From positions 1 through 40,168 of the forward strand of contig NW_025215322.1 in assembly GCF_004010195.1 (NCBI RefSeq): DNA of 40,168 bases. Reading direction: 5' to 3'. A program made the position numbers and the translations under genes. The notes below the pieces were generated by a model. That model saw only the letters and a list, made by a program, of their open reading frames with translations, ran no database searches and was not told the DNA's origin. Source of the DNA: Chiloscyllium plagiosum (lineage: Eukaryota). Below are positions 23,322 through 36,410 of the stretch, piece by piece (position 1 is the stretch's first letter; each line of letters opens with the position of its first letter).

Positions 23322-24259
23322 ACCTGCTCTTGCGGTTAGATGAGGATTCCCTGAAGTATGGTCCAACTGTACCCATGAGGACTAAAAGCAATATATGATC
23401 CCTCCATTTGGGATATCATCAGCCTGTGCTATTTCTCAGTGGATGATGGAGAGTTCTGTCCCTTCTCTCGTTGTGACATCTACTTATTGAATGAGAAAGT
23501 TTTCTTGAGTACAATGAACAAATTCCTCCCATCCAAGCCCTTAACACTGTGGTAATCCCAGTCTATGTTTGGAAAGTTAAAGTCCCACACTGTTGCAACA
23601 TGATTCTTCTTACAGTTGTCTGCGATCTCCGTATGTATTTACTCCTTAATTTCCAACCAGCTATTGGCAGGAGCTTTAGTACAATCCCGTCAATCACCAT
23701 CTTCTTTTGTTACAGTTTAACACAAATATCATTATTGTTTTTTGCAACTGAACATGTGAAAACAGCATTGTTCTTTCCCTATAGGGCATTACTAAACCAA
23801 TTGGTTTGTTACAATTTCCTGGTTGATGTTAGAGTCATAATTCTTTTATGGTGAAGGTCTGTCATGATAGGATTTGTCTGGGGTGAACAATAATAATTCT
23901 GAAGTATCTTGATATGGAGCTGATTCAATGTCTGGCTTCCTGGGTCATTTAAGAATCCAAGGTAACATTTTTGTTCCAATTACCCAATAAACCTTAATTT
24001 TCTCATTTATCATTCAGTGAAATACCAATTTGTCTCTGTTCGGTCCTTAGAAAATGGGAATACAGACAGACGAAGTGAGAGTGGTGGACTACATTAACTT
24101 GAAATCGCTGATAAATTTGGAGATTGTCCAGTTTGCTTGTAATGGAGACGGGTTAGCACATTTTCTCTGTGGGAAGCTTGAACGAATTATGGATGAGCAG
24201 AGTCAATGGTGTCTCCAAGCAAAGGAAGGAATTCCAGAAAAAAGATATAAAGTAAATTT

Positions 24260-24465
24260 ATATGTGTGTGCGTGTGTGTATCTAAAGTGCACGTATATGT
24301 GTGTCTGTGCGTATGTGCGTGTTGAATGTGTCTGTGTTGGGTGTGTGTGTATGTCTCCGTATGTTTGTGTGTGTGTGTGTGTGAACTGCATGTGTGTGCA
24401 TCTGTGCCTGTGTGCGTGCTGAGTGTTCCTGTGTTGTGTGTGTGAATTGAGTGCATGTGTGTTTA
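24260..24465. repeat. Imperfect (TG)n microsatellite / low-complexity tract
   Basis: Directly visible TG/TGTA/TGCG repeats; largely absent from the left arm (about 6,300). Confidence 0.95.
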
Positions 24466-24469
24466 TACA

Positions 24470-25780
24470 CCTCTGTAAGGTCACCCCTCAGTCTTTTATT
24501 CTCCAAGGAAGAAAGGTCCCAGCCCATTTAACCTCTCATTATAATGCAAATCTTCCAGTCCTGCCAGAATCCTAGTAACTCTTTTTCTGCACTCTTTCCA
24601 GTTTAATAATATCCTTCTTGTAGTAAGCCGAGCAGAACTGCATGCAATATTCCAAATGTGGCCTCACTAATGTCTTGTACAGCAGCAACAAGATATCCCA
24701 ATCTCAGTGCTCTAACCGATGAAAAAAAACTCTTTGCTTTTTCATACTCCCCAGGGCCCGACCACTTACAATGTAAGTCCTGCCAAAATGCAAATCTTCT
24801 ATTTATGTAAATTAATCTCAACCTGCCACTCCTCAGCCCAATGGTCCAGTTGTTGAAGATCTCACTGCATTTCCATATGAACCTCTTCACTGCCTACTGT
24901 ACCATCAACCTTGGTGCCATCCACAAACCTATGAATGGTAACTCTGAAATTCCCATTCAATTCATTGATATAAATGATCAATAACAGTGGACCCAGAACC
25001 TGTGGTACACCGCTCGTCACAGACCTCCAGTTTGAAAAACAATCGTCTCTCTCTACATTCTACGATCAAACCAATTTTGGATCTAGTTGGTAGCTCTCTT
25101 GGATCCTGTGAGATTTAGAGTCCGGAGTATAGTGCTGGAAAAACACAGCAGGTCAGGCAGCATCTGAGGAGCAGGAGAATCGACGGTTCGGACATGAGCC
25201 CTTCATCATTCCTTCTTGGTTCCCACTTCAATAACTAAATCACTCAGGACTTTGTTTAAGGCCAGAGTTGGAGAACTGTGTGCAGTTCTGGTCACTGCAC
25301 CAAAGGATGAATGTGATTGGACTGGAGGGAGTGCAAAGCAGATTGTCCCAGAATGTTGCAGGGGGTGTCGCATTGCACCTCTGAAGAAGGTGGCTCATAA
25401 GCTCGAGCTGCTTCCTTTTGAGCAGGAATCGGGGTAGATAATACTATGAGGGACATGGGCAGTGCAGATAAAAAGTAGTTGTTTCCCATTTGTTGAAGGT
25501 CCAATAACAAGGTGGGATAATTTTAAGCTGAAAGACTTAGGGGAACATAAGGATAAGTCTTCTCACATCGAGGATGGAAGGGGCCTGCAATACATTGACC
25601 GGGAGGAGAGTTGAGACGGGAAACCTCACAACCTTTAAACAATACTTGATGAGCACTAACATTCAAGTCTCTGGGCCAAATGCTAGAAAATGGGATGAAT
25701 GTGGATTCAGTATAATTTTGGTTTGGACAAACATGATGGGCCGCCCAGTTTCTTCCCTTCTGTGTGATTCTGTCATAGTA
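24470..25780. mobile_element. CR1 fragments (minus strand 24,470-25,230, plus strand 25,230-25,780) with a Penelope tail at about 25,117-25,208
   Basis: Mirror image of 4,873-6,275. Confidence 0.82.
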
Positions 25781-26224
25781 TAAATCTGAAGTGAAGGTTC
25801 TGAATTCGCCACTTTTCTCGTATTTGTTTGAGAAGACGTTCCAGTACTTCTTGTGGTCAGTGTGAGCTTCAAGTTTGTATTAGAGTTCTCATTCACAGAC
25901 AGAATTTCCCAAATGAGTTGGAAAACTGAATGAATAAGAAAAACAGTGGGATAACTGTGCAGCTGAACTGCTCTCAAGGAGCTCGATAGTATGAGCTCGA
26001 TACTGAATAACCTCAGCAAAATGAAGGGCTTCACGGAAAAGAATAACAGAAGATATTTAGGTATTTGTGGCATTGATAGTATGTGAAATAATACAAGTAT
26101 TGTTGTTTGAAGACAAATTGAAATTACATTTGATGCCTGATAGAATGAGATTAATCTAGTCTTTGAGGTATTCAATTACAAAGGCAAATTGCAATGATAT
26201 CATCAAAATAAATCTGTGGGGGAT

Positions 26225-26236
26225 CCAAGATGGCGG
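26225..26236 (+). promoter_or_regulatory. YY1-type motif at the L1 5' end
   Basis: CCAAGATGGCGG matches the YY1 consensus and lies a few nt after a G-run, as in the human L1 5' UTR. Confidence 0.7.
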
Positions 26237-26388
26237 TGACCTCGCAAGTCTGAGTCTGTAGTGCTCCTCGCAAGACTTGGGTAAAGTGGGTCACCCAACC
26301 CCACCACACTCACCAAATCATTTATAATGGCTATTTAATTTAATTAGTTGCTTAGTATTAAATTTAAACAATCTAATATTTAGTAAAA

Positions 26389-26922
26389 ATGACAAAAGGG
26401 AAGGGAGCCCGGGGCTCTCGGCAAGGATTAACCCCTCCCCCACCCTCTCCAGCTGCAGCTGAGGCGTCCACAGCCGCCCCGGGGGACTTACCCACAGTGA
26501 CAAGCCTTGTGGAAATGATCTCCAAACTGGATGCGAAAATCGACGCTTTTATCGAAGAATCCCGAAATCGATGGGACTCACTCTCGGCCGCGCTGCAGAA
26601 GCACGACCGAGACATCCAGGAAATCGAGCGCCGAGTTGGAGGGGCGCAGATAAAGGCCGCGACCTCCGAAACTACAGCGCAATCGGCCGTGGATCAGGTC
26701 CGGACTCTCGAAAAGCAAGTCCGGATCTTAGAGAATTACATTGACGACCTCGACGTGGGCCCGGCTCGAACCAGCCCCCAAGCCCGGTACTGTTCCGGCT
26801 GCAGAGCTATAGGGAGAGGCAGATACTCCTAGAAGCTTCCAGAAATCTTGGAAAAGACCCCCAAGCTATGATCCATAAAGGATCCAAGATCATGTTATTC
26901 CAGGACTTTTCCCCAGTTCTGG
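26389..26922 (+). pseudogene. L1 ORF1 (coiled coil, partial RRM/CTD), internally deleted, runs into gap
   Basis: Coiled coil ...RTLEKQVRILENYIDDLD, then jumps with a frameshift to PVLFRLQSYRERQILLEASR and GSKIMLFQDFS. Confidence 0.85.
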
Positions 26923-27076
26923 NNNNNNNNNNNNNNNNNNNNNNNNNNNNNNNNNNNNNNNNNNNNNNNNNNNNNNNNNNNNNNNNNNNNNNNNNNNNNN
27001 NNNNNNNNNNNNNNNNNNNNNNNNNNNNNNNNNNNNNNNNNNNNNNNNNNNNNNNNNNNNNNNNNNNNNNNNNNNN
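26923..27076. other. Assembly gap
   Basis: Run of N. Confidence 1.
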
Positions 27077-27602
27077 TAAGCCAGTGGGTTTGGTTAATGT
27101 TGGTGGGGGGAGGTGGTTACCATATTCTATTTTACCACTGTCTTTAGGAGCGGGGTTGTTTCTCCCTTGCTATTTTGCATTATTATATTTAATTATTATT
27201 TGTTGAGGTTGTAATTTTACAGTTATATGTTTATATATGGTATTAACATTACCAAATATAGCCAGGTGTTGGTATTGGTGGGGGTAGAATGCTCACTGTT
27301 AACTCTAGCTTAATTCTCCTCATGAATTCTCCTCATTTTATTGAGGAGCGCCTGGGTCAAGGGTGGGGCATTGGTTTGGAGAGGATATGATGGACTTTTG
27401 GAAAGGAAGTGACACTCCCTGGGAACAACGGGGGAAATCTCCACTTAGATACGTTTTTTTTATTATTATAATTTAGAAATAGATTTTTATTATACTGTTG
27501 TGAGTGTATTAAAGAGCCTTTATTTTTGTAAATTTTATATGCTCTATGATTGGGAACTTCTGGATAGGGTTTCCCCTCCCGAATGGTCTCGGATTTGTCC
27601 GG

Positions 27603-30600
27603 ATGATTATGATTGATCAGTCGGTTAAGTGGTGCACCTGGAATGTCAAGGGGAGTAATTCGCCAGTCAAAAGGAAGAAAATATTATCAAATCTTAAGAA
27701 AGAAAGAGTTGATATAGCTCTCCTAACAGAAACACACCTGTCGGATAAAGAACACTTGAAATTACGACTGGGTGGATTTGATCAGGCCTTTTTTTCTTCT
27801 TTTAGCTCAAAAAGCAGGGGAGTTGTTATTCTTGTTCGGAAGAATTTCCCTTTCAAAATCCTAAATCAGATAAAAGATGAATCTGCACGATATATTTTGA
27901 TTAAAGCCCTTATAAATGGAGAGGAATATGGGATTTTAAATTTGTACTGCCTCCCGGCACATCCCTTTAAATTTATAACGGAAGCCTTTTCAAAATTGAT
28001 TGCTTTTGGTGCTCGTCATACAATTATAGGGGGAGACTTTAATTGTATTATGGATCCGGAATAGATAGGGTTCCCAAGAGTACTACAGGAGTATCTCCCA
28101 GATCTAGACAATTGGTGGATCTGAACAAAGAATTAGGATTAGTAGATGTATGGAGATGTCTTCATCCACAGGGCAGAGATTTTTCTTTTTACTCCAATCC
28201 ACATAAATGTCATACCAGAACTGATATGTTTTTTGCGCCCTCGATTTTTTAAAATTCCATATCATCCTGTAAAATAGGTAGTATAGCAATTTCCGACCAC
28301 GCTGCTGTATATATGGAAACTAAGGCTAGGAACAATGGGACATCCCCTCGACATTGGTGTATGAACCCCTTTCTAATGAAAGATAGTAAATTTATAAAGT
28401 ACTTTGCTCAAGAATTTAAAACTTTTTAAGAAATTAATTCAGGTACGGCTAGAAACCCATCAATTATGTGGGAGACCATCAAAGCTTACACGCGAGGTTT
28501 GATCATCTCCTACTCAGCGACCCAGAAAAAATTGAAGGGAGAACAACAGCGTCTGCGTGAAGCTCGCTTAAAAGCAGCTGAAACAGCATACACTGATAGA
28601 CCTTCTATCATTAAATTGCAAAGGACTACAGCTCTTAGGACAACTCTAAATACTACGCTTACTCAAACGGCTAAGAGGGAAATATTATTTGCAAGACAAA
28701 GGTTATGAATACGGCGACAAACCGGGTAGATACTTAGCATTTCTTGCAAAGGGAAAAAAGGCCCCTCAGACTATTACGTCAATCAAGGAAAGTACGGGTA
28801 TTTTGACTCATGAGCATAAAAAGATTAATGCGATCTTTAGAGAATTTTATTCTGAGCTACATAAATCGCAGGATTGTGAAGATAGGACTAGGAGGATGCA
28901 GTCATTTTTTAAACATGTGACCTTTCCGGGCCTAACTCCGGAACAGGTATCGGTCCTAAATGCTCCTCTAACAGTCCAAGAAATACTTGATGCAATTAGG
29001 CAACTTCAGAGCAGTAAGGCACCAGGCCCAGATGGTTTTCAAGCTTAATTCTATAAAAAATTTACAGAAATATTGGCTGGTCCACTTATGGACATGTATA
29101 ACTATGCATATAGTCAGGGCTGTCTCCGCCTTCGCTGAAAGAGGCAAATATCTCTCTTATCCTTAAAAAAGGAAAGGATTCAGAAGATTGTACATCATAT
29201 AGACCAATATCCTTGCTAAATGTAGATTTTAAAATCCTTTCTAAAACGTTAGCATTGAGACTAATAAGGGTACTGCCACATATTATAAAGGAGGATCAGA
29301 CGGGGCCGTAGATCATCCAATAATATTAGAAGGGTTTTGAATATGATTCAAGCCTGTCATCAGGGAAACATACCAGGATTAGTAGTTTCATTAGATGCAG
29401 AAAAGGCATTTGATAGGGTTGAATGGTCATATTTGTTTTACACATTGGAAAGGTTTGGCGTTGGACAGGTGTTTACCAAATGGGTCTCAACATTGGATAG
29501 TGATCTCAAAGCAGTTGTGGTTACCAATGGATTAGGTCCGGATAGCTTCAGTGTGGGTAGGGGCTGCCGTCAGAGATGTCCTCTCTCGCCATTGTTATTT
29601 ACGCTAATAATTGAACCACTAGCAGAAGCTATACGAGCTGATCCTAATATAAAGGCCCCGAGGATTGCTACAGGTAAAGGTAAACATAACATTGCCCTTT
29701 ATGCTGATGATGTTCTTCTATTCCTCAGTAATCCTCTGATGTCCGTACCGCACCTAATCCAAGTTATTAATACATTTAGCGCATTGTCAGGCTATAAAAT
29801 TAATTTTTCAAAATCGGAGGGCTATGCCAATGGGTGGCCTTGCTATGATACCCCACTTAGTTGACAGATCCATTTTTCCCTTTCGTTAGTCCCTGCAGGG
29901 CTTCTTATATTTAGGCATTTTTATTAGCCCAGTATTTGGTCAGTTGTATAAGGTTAATTTTGTGCATTTACTGAAAAGGATAAGGCAGCACCTCCAGCGA
30001 TGGGGAGACCTACCAATTTCCTGGTTGGGTAGATTAGCACTAATTAAAATGAATGTCCTGCCCCGTCTCCTATATCCTATGAGAATGCTTCCAGTGATGC
30101 TGCCGAGGATGGCTCTACGTAAATTATATGGGTGGTTGGATTCCTTTATCTGGAATCATAGGCGGCCCCTCATTAAGCTGAAGAAGCTACAGCTTCCACA
30201 GGCAAGGGGAGGATTGGACTTCCCAGATTTTAGGAAATATCAGTTAAGTTCCCTATTAAGTTACATAGCTGATTGGGTCTTGTCTGATCCACAATCAATC
30301 TGGTTGGACATCGAGGCCTCTCAAGTAAAATACCCACTTATTAACCTTTTATTTTCAGACAAGAGGAAAATCATTACAGATCACTGTAAAAACCCGATAA
30401 TACTAAACACAATTTAGGCTTGGAATATAATGCGGCAAAATGAGGGTAATTCACATAAAACATTCCCCTATGCACCGACAGTGGGAGCATGGGGATTCCA
30501 ACCGGGGTTTACAGATGTCACGTTTAAACTCTGGAGATCCAGGGTAAAACATGGGATCAGGATTTGGGACTAGAAATCTCTATAGAAACATGGAATGATA

Positions 30601-31459
30601 TTTGGGAAGACGCTAGAAGGATTACTGTCTGTGATTGAACCCAGGCTATCCAGCTGAAGATACTTCATAGGGCCCATATAGCACCGGTTCGATTGGCAAA
30701 ATTTAAGGCAGGAGCATCTCCAATGTGTCCTAAATGCAAAATAGAGGTGGGCACTCTTGTACATTGCTTATGGACCTGTCATAAGATCCGTAGATATTGG
30801 ACTAAAGTAGCAAGTACCCTGACAGAAATTTTAGGAACGGAAATTAAAGTGGACCCTGTATCTCTCCATTTGGGCTTTTCGAAATTTCCCTCCCTGGACA
30901 TGTACAGGAAGAGACTATTTTTCATTCTCTCTTTCTGTGTAAGGAAAAATATTTTGGTGAACTGGGTGGCTGAGGGCCCCCCTGGACTTTCAAATTGGCA
31001 CTGATTAAGTATGGAATGTATTCCCCTTGACTTCCTTACAAATATGGTGCACCGAAAGACCGAATTATTTTATAGAATATGGCAGTCCTTCTTAGATTAG
31101 ATTACTTACAGTGTGGAAACAGGCCCTTGGGCCCAACAAGTCCACACCACCCCGCCGAAGCGCAACCCACCCATACCCCTACATTTACCCCTTACCTAAC
31201 ACTGCGGGCAATTTAGCATGGCCAATTCACCTGACCTGCACATCTTTTTGGATTGTGGGAGGAAACCGGAGCACCCGGAGGAAACCCACTCGGACATGGG
31301 GAGAACGTGCAAACTCCACACAGTCAGTCGCCTGAGATGGGAATTGAACCCGGGTCTCTGGCGCTGTGAGGCTGCAGTGCTAACCACTGTGCCACCGTGC
31401 CGCCCACAAATTACATAAATTCAGATATTTCAGCTGTCCTAACAAGGGCTTTTATTTAA
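27603..31459 (+). pseudogene. L1 ORF2 (APE endonuclease, RT, C-terminal Cys knuckle), disrupted
   Basis: TWNVKG, LTETHL, IGGDFN, ISDHA, KAPGPDGF, YRPISLLNVDFKIL, SLDAEKAFDRVEW, YADD (29,700-29,711), CPKC...HCLWTC; ends AVLTRAFI* at 31,457-31,459; stops, frameshifts and a SINE insertion. Confidence 0.95.
31092..31405 (-). mobile_element. Full-length young HE1/V-SINE-type SINE nested in L1 ORF2
   Basis: Near reverse complement of the SINE at 7,451-7,769; splits WQSFL/NYINSD. Confidence 0.93.
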
Positions 31460-31970
31460 TTGAGATTACAAATCTGGCTGGTCCGGGGCCCCTCAGGAGA
31501 GGAATCCCGCATGAATACGGGTTTTATTACATTTAATGTTAACACATTCCGAGCATGTAAGGGACTTAAATATACACTCTGGTTAGTTGTAGGTTAGATT
31601 AGTAGACAGTTGAGTTTTGATTTTTTTTCTTTTTCGGTATTTTTTTTTCTTTTGTTAAATTTTGGCTATTGTATATTTGATTTAATTGTATATTAATGTT
31701 TGTATTTGAGAGTTTTGTTTATTTTTTGTAAGCTTGTAAAAATGTTAAATTTCTAATAAAAATATCTATGAAAAATAAACTTGTTGTCATTATCTGTTTG
31801 TTCAAAATTATGTTTAAAAAAATGAAGGTATAATCACATTTTCCCATTGGAGACGCTATGCAGAATAAAAAAAAAACAACACTGGAACTGTGTCAGTTCC
31901 AATTTCGAATGAATTCTCCTGTTCTGACGGATTGCCAGCAGCAGGGAGAGGTTGTTTCACAAACAACAGA

Positions 31971-32037
31971 ATGCATTCTCCAGAACAAAAGGTCGCCAAA
32001 GCATACTACACCATCCTGGCTGTTGTTGGTATTCCTG
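31971..32037 (+). pseudogene. GPR139/GPR142-like GPCR coding exon 1 (right copy)
   Basis: MHSPEQKVAKAYYTILAVVGIP plus G; a phase-1 join to 39,502 gives ...VGIP-V-SLVLLMILARRKCGLS; the donor reads ATAAGG. Confidence 0.8.
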
Positions 32038-32161
32038 ATAAGGTTTGGAACAACTTAAGTGGATACATCTCTACATTAAATCGGACTTATTCCACTCCAT
32101 GACTCTTAATCATTTTTTTTGCATTTAGCGAGGCTAATACTGATGGCAGATGCCAGTATCC

Positions 32162-33805
32162 TCACTTACTACGTCGAAATAAACTACTTGTTTGTCTAGG
32201 AGATTCCTCAGTAATGTGCAGCATTGTCTGTTTCTCTATACTGTGCAGAATGGGTTTGCCCTGAGGCCACATTGATGGGGTTTGGCTGAGCACCGGCCCT
32301 GTCTGGGCGAGAAAGCATTTAGCAGGACCACTTTCTGTCTGTTGGAGTTCAAAGCCTGCTATTGTTCGAATGGGTTTTGTAACAACCCACCTCTTAGTGA
32401 TACCTTGTGTTTCCCATTCCTTGATGTGAAGGGTTGTGTTGGTGGTCTTGCTCACGCAGCTCGCTCCAAACGGGAGCCCAGATACAACGATCGAGTTGAG
32501 CAAGTCATTACAGAGTAAGAAGTGCATGTCAGCTTTGACTATCTTGTCTGTTTTTTTCAGTCAGTGTGTGTGTGGAGGCATGATATTTGTGAGGATAGTT
32601 CACTGGGAGCGGCATTGAGTACAAGATTCCAATTATGATGCGTAATGTTGAATTATTTGATCTTCAAAAATACGAGAGAGTTGTGTCATTTGTAAAACGT
32701 TGGACAGTGCTGTGATGTGGACTTTATTAGGACAAACACTGAGATCTGGAGTACAGTGGTAGCAGCTGTCACACAGAGGATCAAACAACTTTGTCCAACA
32801 GGATATTTCCCACGGTGTCCTTTGTTGTTGTTATCCTTTTATCTTCCTGGAACAATACTTGTCAATGTGAAAGAGTTCCCATGTACATTCGTTTGGGATT
32901 GTTATTTAGTCTTTGGGTACCTGTTTGGATACGTATTATTATTAATTTGATTTTTGTTATGGTTATTTTGTTGGTACTGACAGATGAATCCTCTGAATAT
33001 ATTTTAAAACCGATTCACTGTGAGGCCATAGTGTTACACCATGGAGTGCAGTGCTCCGAAAATGTTCTGAAATCTCTGTTCTTCTACCACAGGGCTCAGA
33101 ACGGTGGAGATAGGGTGGTTCACCAGAATTTTTCACTGATAAAAGTCAAGTTGGTTTAGGGTGATTGATGTGCGATTTAGGATATTTGATATTGTTTTGT
33201 TGCTCCAAGGGTCCAATTGGGATCAAGAGCATCCGGCCATTTGGACTGATAGTTAACCCTGCTGTTGGGACCTTCAGTTGATCTGATGTTCAGAACTCAG
33301 GGAATTGGTGAGTTTGATAATAAATCTGTGTCACCAGTTGATTCATGTCCATCAGTAGCACACAGCTCAAAGAATATGAATTATGATGTGCATTGTTGAA
33401 TTCTTTGATTGTCAAAAAGACATATGTGTTGTACTGCCTGTTGACCCGGGTTTGCATAATGTTCTTTGCACCATAGCATGGGACATCATTGCACCAACAA
33501 TCACACAGGATGTCTGTCCAAATAGTGATTGTGATTTTTATTTTGGTGGGGGTGGGTGGTGGTCTGGTTTATAGTAGGTCACGTTCAGGTGCTGACTAAA
33601 CCCAGACTGTTTTATGGCTATCGAGGGATGGAAATTGAGTTGGGGGTGGGAGTGTGCTCGTATTGAAGGGACTTGTTATTGCCACCTCGCACTTGGATGT
33701 TCATAAATGTTTGCAGTAATGATAACACCGTGCTGTTCACTCCCACAGCACATTGTAAATCTCAGGGTTTCTGCATCAATACTGCTGGCTTGGATATATC
33801 CGGCA
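32162..33805 (-). pseudogene. Right-arm copy of the unidentified Ig-like coding-like segment (probably also 34,930-35,167)
   Basis: Mirror of 2,465-4,056; reads ITIWTDILCDCWCNDVPCYG...FLTIKEFNNAHHNSY; its 121-aa ORF ends at the same stop position as the left copy. Confidence 0.3.
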
Positions 33806-33807
33806 AA

Positions 33808-34925
33808 GTCGGGAGTGTAGTGCTGGAGAAACAAAGCAGGTCAGGCGCCTTCCGAGGAGCAGGAGAATCGACGTTTATGGGATATAACATTCATTAGGAA
33901 TGAGGCTTGTGGGTTGGGAGGGGGTGGGGTTGTGGAAAGGAAGCTGAGAAATCGGTAGGTGGGTGAAGGTGACGGAGAAGGTGATATTTCGGGGGAAGTG
34001 ATGGATAGGTCAGGAGGGTGGTGCCGGGTTGGAGGCTTAGGGCTAGGATAATGTGGGCCGAGGGGAAATGAGGAAGCTGTCGAAACGCACATTTATCCCG
34101 TGTGGTTGCAGGGTACCAAGGCTGAAGATGTGGCCTTCCTCCTACGTGGATCAGGTGGTAATTGTTTGGCGGTGGAAGAGGTTCAGGACCTGCACGTCCT
34201 TGATGGAGTGGGAGGGGCAGTTGAAGTGCTCAGCCATGGGCGGTGGGGTCGGTGGGTGCACGTGTCCCAGAGGTATTCTCTGAAATGATCTGCAAGAAGG
34301 CGTCCTGTCTCTCCGATGTAGAGGAGACCACACCGGTTGCAACGGAGGCGGTAGGTGAAATTGGCACAGGTGCAAGCAAATTTCTGACAGATATGGAAGG
34401 ATCCCTTGGGGCCTTGGACAGAGGTGAGGGGAGTGGTGTGAGCGCAGGTTTTCACTTCCTGCGGTGGCAGGTAAAGGTTCCAGGAGCGAGGTGTGGTCTA
34501 GTGGGGGGTGTGGACCTGATGAGGGAGTCGCTGAGAGAATGGTCTTTTCAGAACACTGATAGGGGTGGGGAGTGAAATATATCCTTGGTGGTGGAGTCCG
34601 TTTGGATATGGTGGAAATGGCGAAGGATGATGCATTATATGCAGAGGATGTTCGGAATGAAGTTGAGGACTAGTCCGGGTTCTGTCCTTACTGTGTTGGG
34701 AGGGGTGAGGTTGAAGGGCAGTGTTGCATGAAGTAGATGAGATGTCCTGGAGGGCATCGTCAACCACGTGGAATGGAAAATTGCGAGCATGGGTGAAGGA
34801 AGCCATCTGGGACTTTCTGAGGTGGAATTGGTCATCTTGGGAAAAGATATGGCGGAGGCCGAGGATTTGGGAATAAGGGATGACATTTTTACAGGAGATG
34901 GGGTGGGAGGAGTTGTAGTCTAGGT
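33808..34925 (-). mobile_element. Penelope-like element 3' half
   Basis: DYNSSHPISCKNVIPYSQ..LRHI; FTYRLRCNRCGLLYIGETGRLLADHFREYL (GIY-YIG). Confidence 0.9.
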
Positions 34926-35559
34926 GGCAAAGTGTGTTTTTCATCAGGGAAGTGGCATAGTGGATCAATCTTTCTGATGCAATTTGGTCCTGTTTCTTCC
35001 ATTCCAAAGTAGTTCAGCTGAGGGAAAATGTTATTGTTGGAAAGTTGGGTAGGAAAATATCAAACAAATTTCATATGGTTTCCGATAAGACTGGAAGATT
35101 CAGAGAACGTGACTGCCATAGTGCCAGACGTTAGTGCAATACAGAAAACTGTGTCATCAACAATAACAAAAAACAGATATTGCTGGAAAAGATCAGCAGG
35201 TCTGGACGCATCTGTGGAGAGAAGTCAGTGTTAATGTTTCAGATCCAGTAACAGATTTACTGTGATTTCGCTCCACAGATGCCACCAGGCCTGCTGACCT
35301 TTTCCAGAAATTTCTAATTCTGTTTCTAATTTCCAGCATCCGCAGTTATTTCTGTATTTTTTTTTCCCGAAGACAGGGTGTTCTGGAGCAAGAGCATTCT
35401 GTCATGGGCTGCCCTTGGAGTTTTTATTAATTCTTCTCTTGAAGTTCAGTCTTTACACCCCCAAAGGATCCTTCCCACTGATATCGGATGCTGTGTGATC
35501 CAGTGCTCTGCATGATGTATACATTTAACCCTTGACTTACTAAGCACTGGACAGGGGCA

Positions 35560-36410
35560 GTGTCGAGAGTGTGGTGCTGGAACAGCACAGCAGGTCCGGC
35601 AGCATTCGCGGAGCAGCAGAATCGACATTTCAGGCTTAAGTCCTTTATCATGAATGAGGCTTGTGGGCCAAGGTGACAGAGCGATAAATGAGAGGGGTGG
35701 GGATGGGGGAGCATAGCTAGGAATGCAATAGGTAGATGAAGGTGGGGGTGAAAGTATTAGGTCGGAGAGGAGGGTGGAGCAGATAAATGGAAGGAAGATG
35801 GACAGGTAGGACATTTCAAGCAGGCGGTGCCGAGTTGGAAGGTTGGAACTGCGTTCTTGTGTATGGAGGCAAATGAGGAAACTAGTTAAATTCACATTTA
35901 TCCCGTGTGGTTAGAAGGTCCCAATGCCGAAGATGAGGCGTTCTTCCTCCAGGCGTCAGGTGGTTAGGGTTTGGCGATGGAGGAGGTCCAGGAACTGCAT
36001 GTCCTTGGGAGAGTGGGAGGTGGAATTGATGTGTTCAGCCACAGGGCAGTGGGATTGGTTGCTGTGGGTGTCACAGAGATGTTGAAACTATCCACAAGTT
36101 GGCGTTCCGTCTCCCAGATCTGGAGGACACCACATCAGGTACAAAGGATTCCGTAGATGACTTTGTTGAAAGAACAGGTAAATTTCCATTGGATGTTGAA
36201 GGATCTTCTGGGGCTTTGGACAGAGGAGAACAGGGAGGTGTGGGCGCAGGTTTTTCACTCCACATCACTGGGAAACCTGGACGGACCAAACCCACCGTTC
36301 CGTGGCTGAACACTTCAACTCCCCCTTCCACTCAAACAAGGACGTATAGGTTCTCGGCCTCCTTCATTGCTAAACCCTAACGACCCAACGCCTGTGGATG
36401 TACGCCTCTT
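35560..36410 (-). mobile_element. Penelope-like 3' fragment with inverted segment
   Basis: Mirror of 620-1,478, with the same inversion junction (about 36,260). Confidence 0.85.

Larger units (their letters stand above)
26213..31771 (+). mobile_element. Full-length L1-clade LINE (inactive) with target-site duplication
   Basis: 5' end GGGGGATCCAAGATGGCGG; ORF1 and ORF2 remnants; AATAAA at 31,755-31,760; TSD AAAATAAA at 26,205-26,212 and 31,772-31,779; the empty site is visible in the left arm at about 4,420-4,450. Confidence 0.95.

Noticed and set aside
24054..24527. His/Thr-rich and Cys/Val-rich ORFs
   Set aside because: They are translations of the TG microsatellite.
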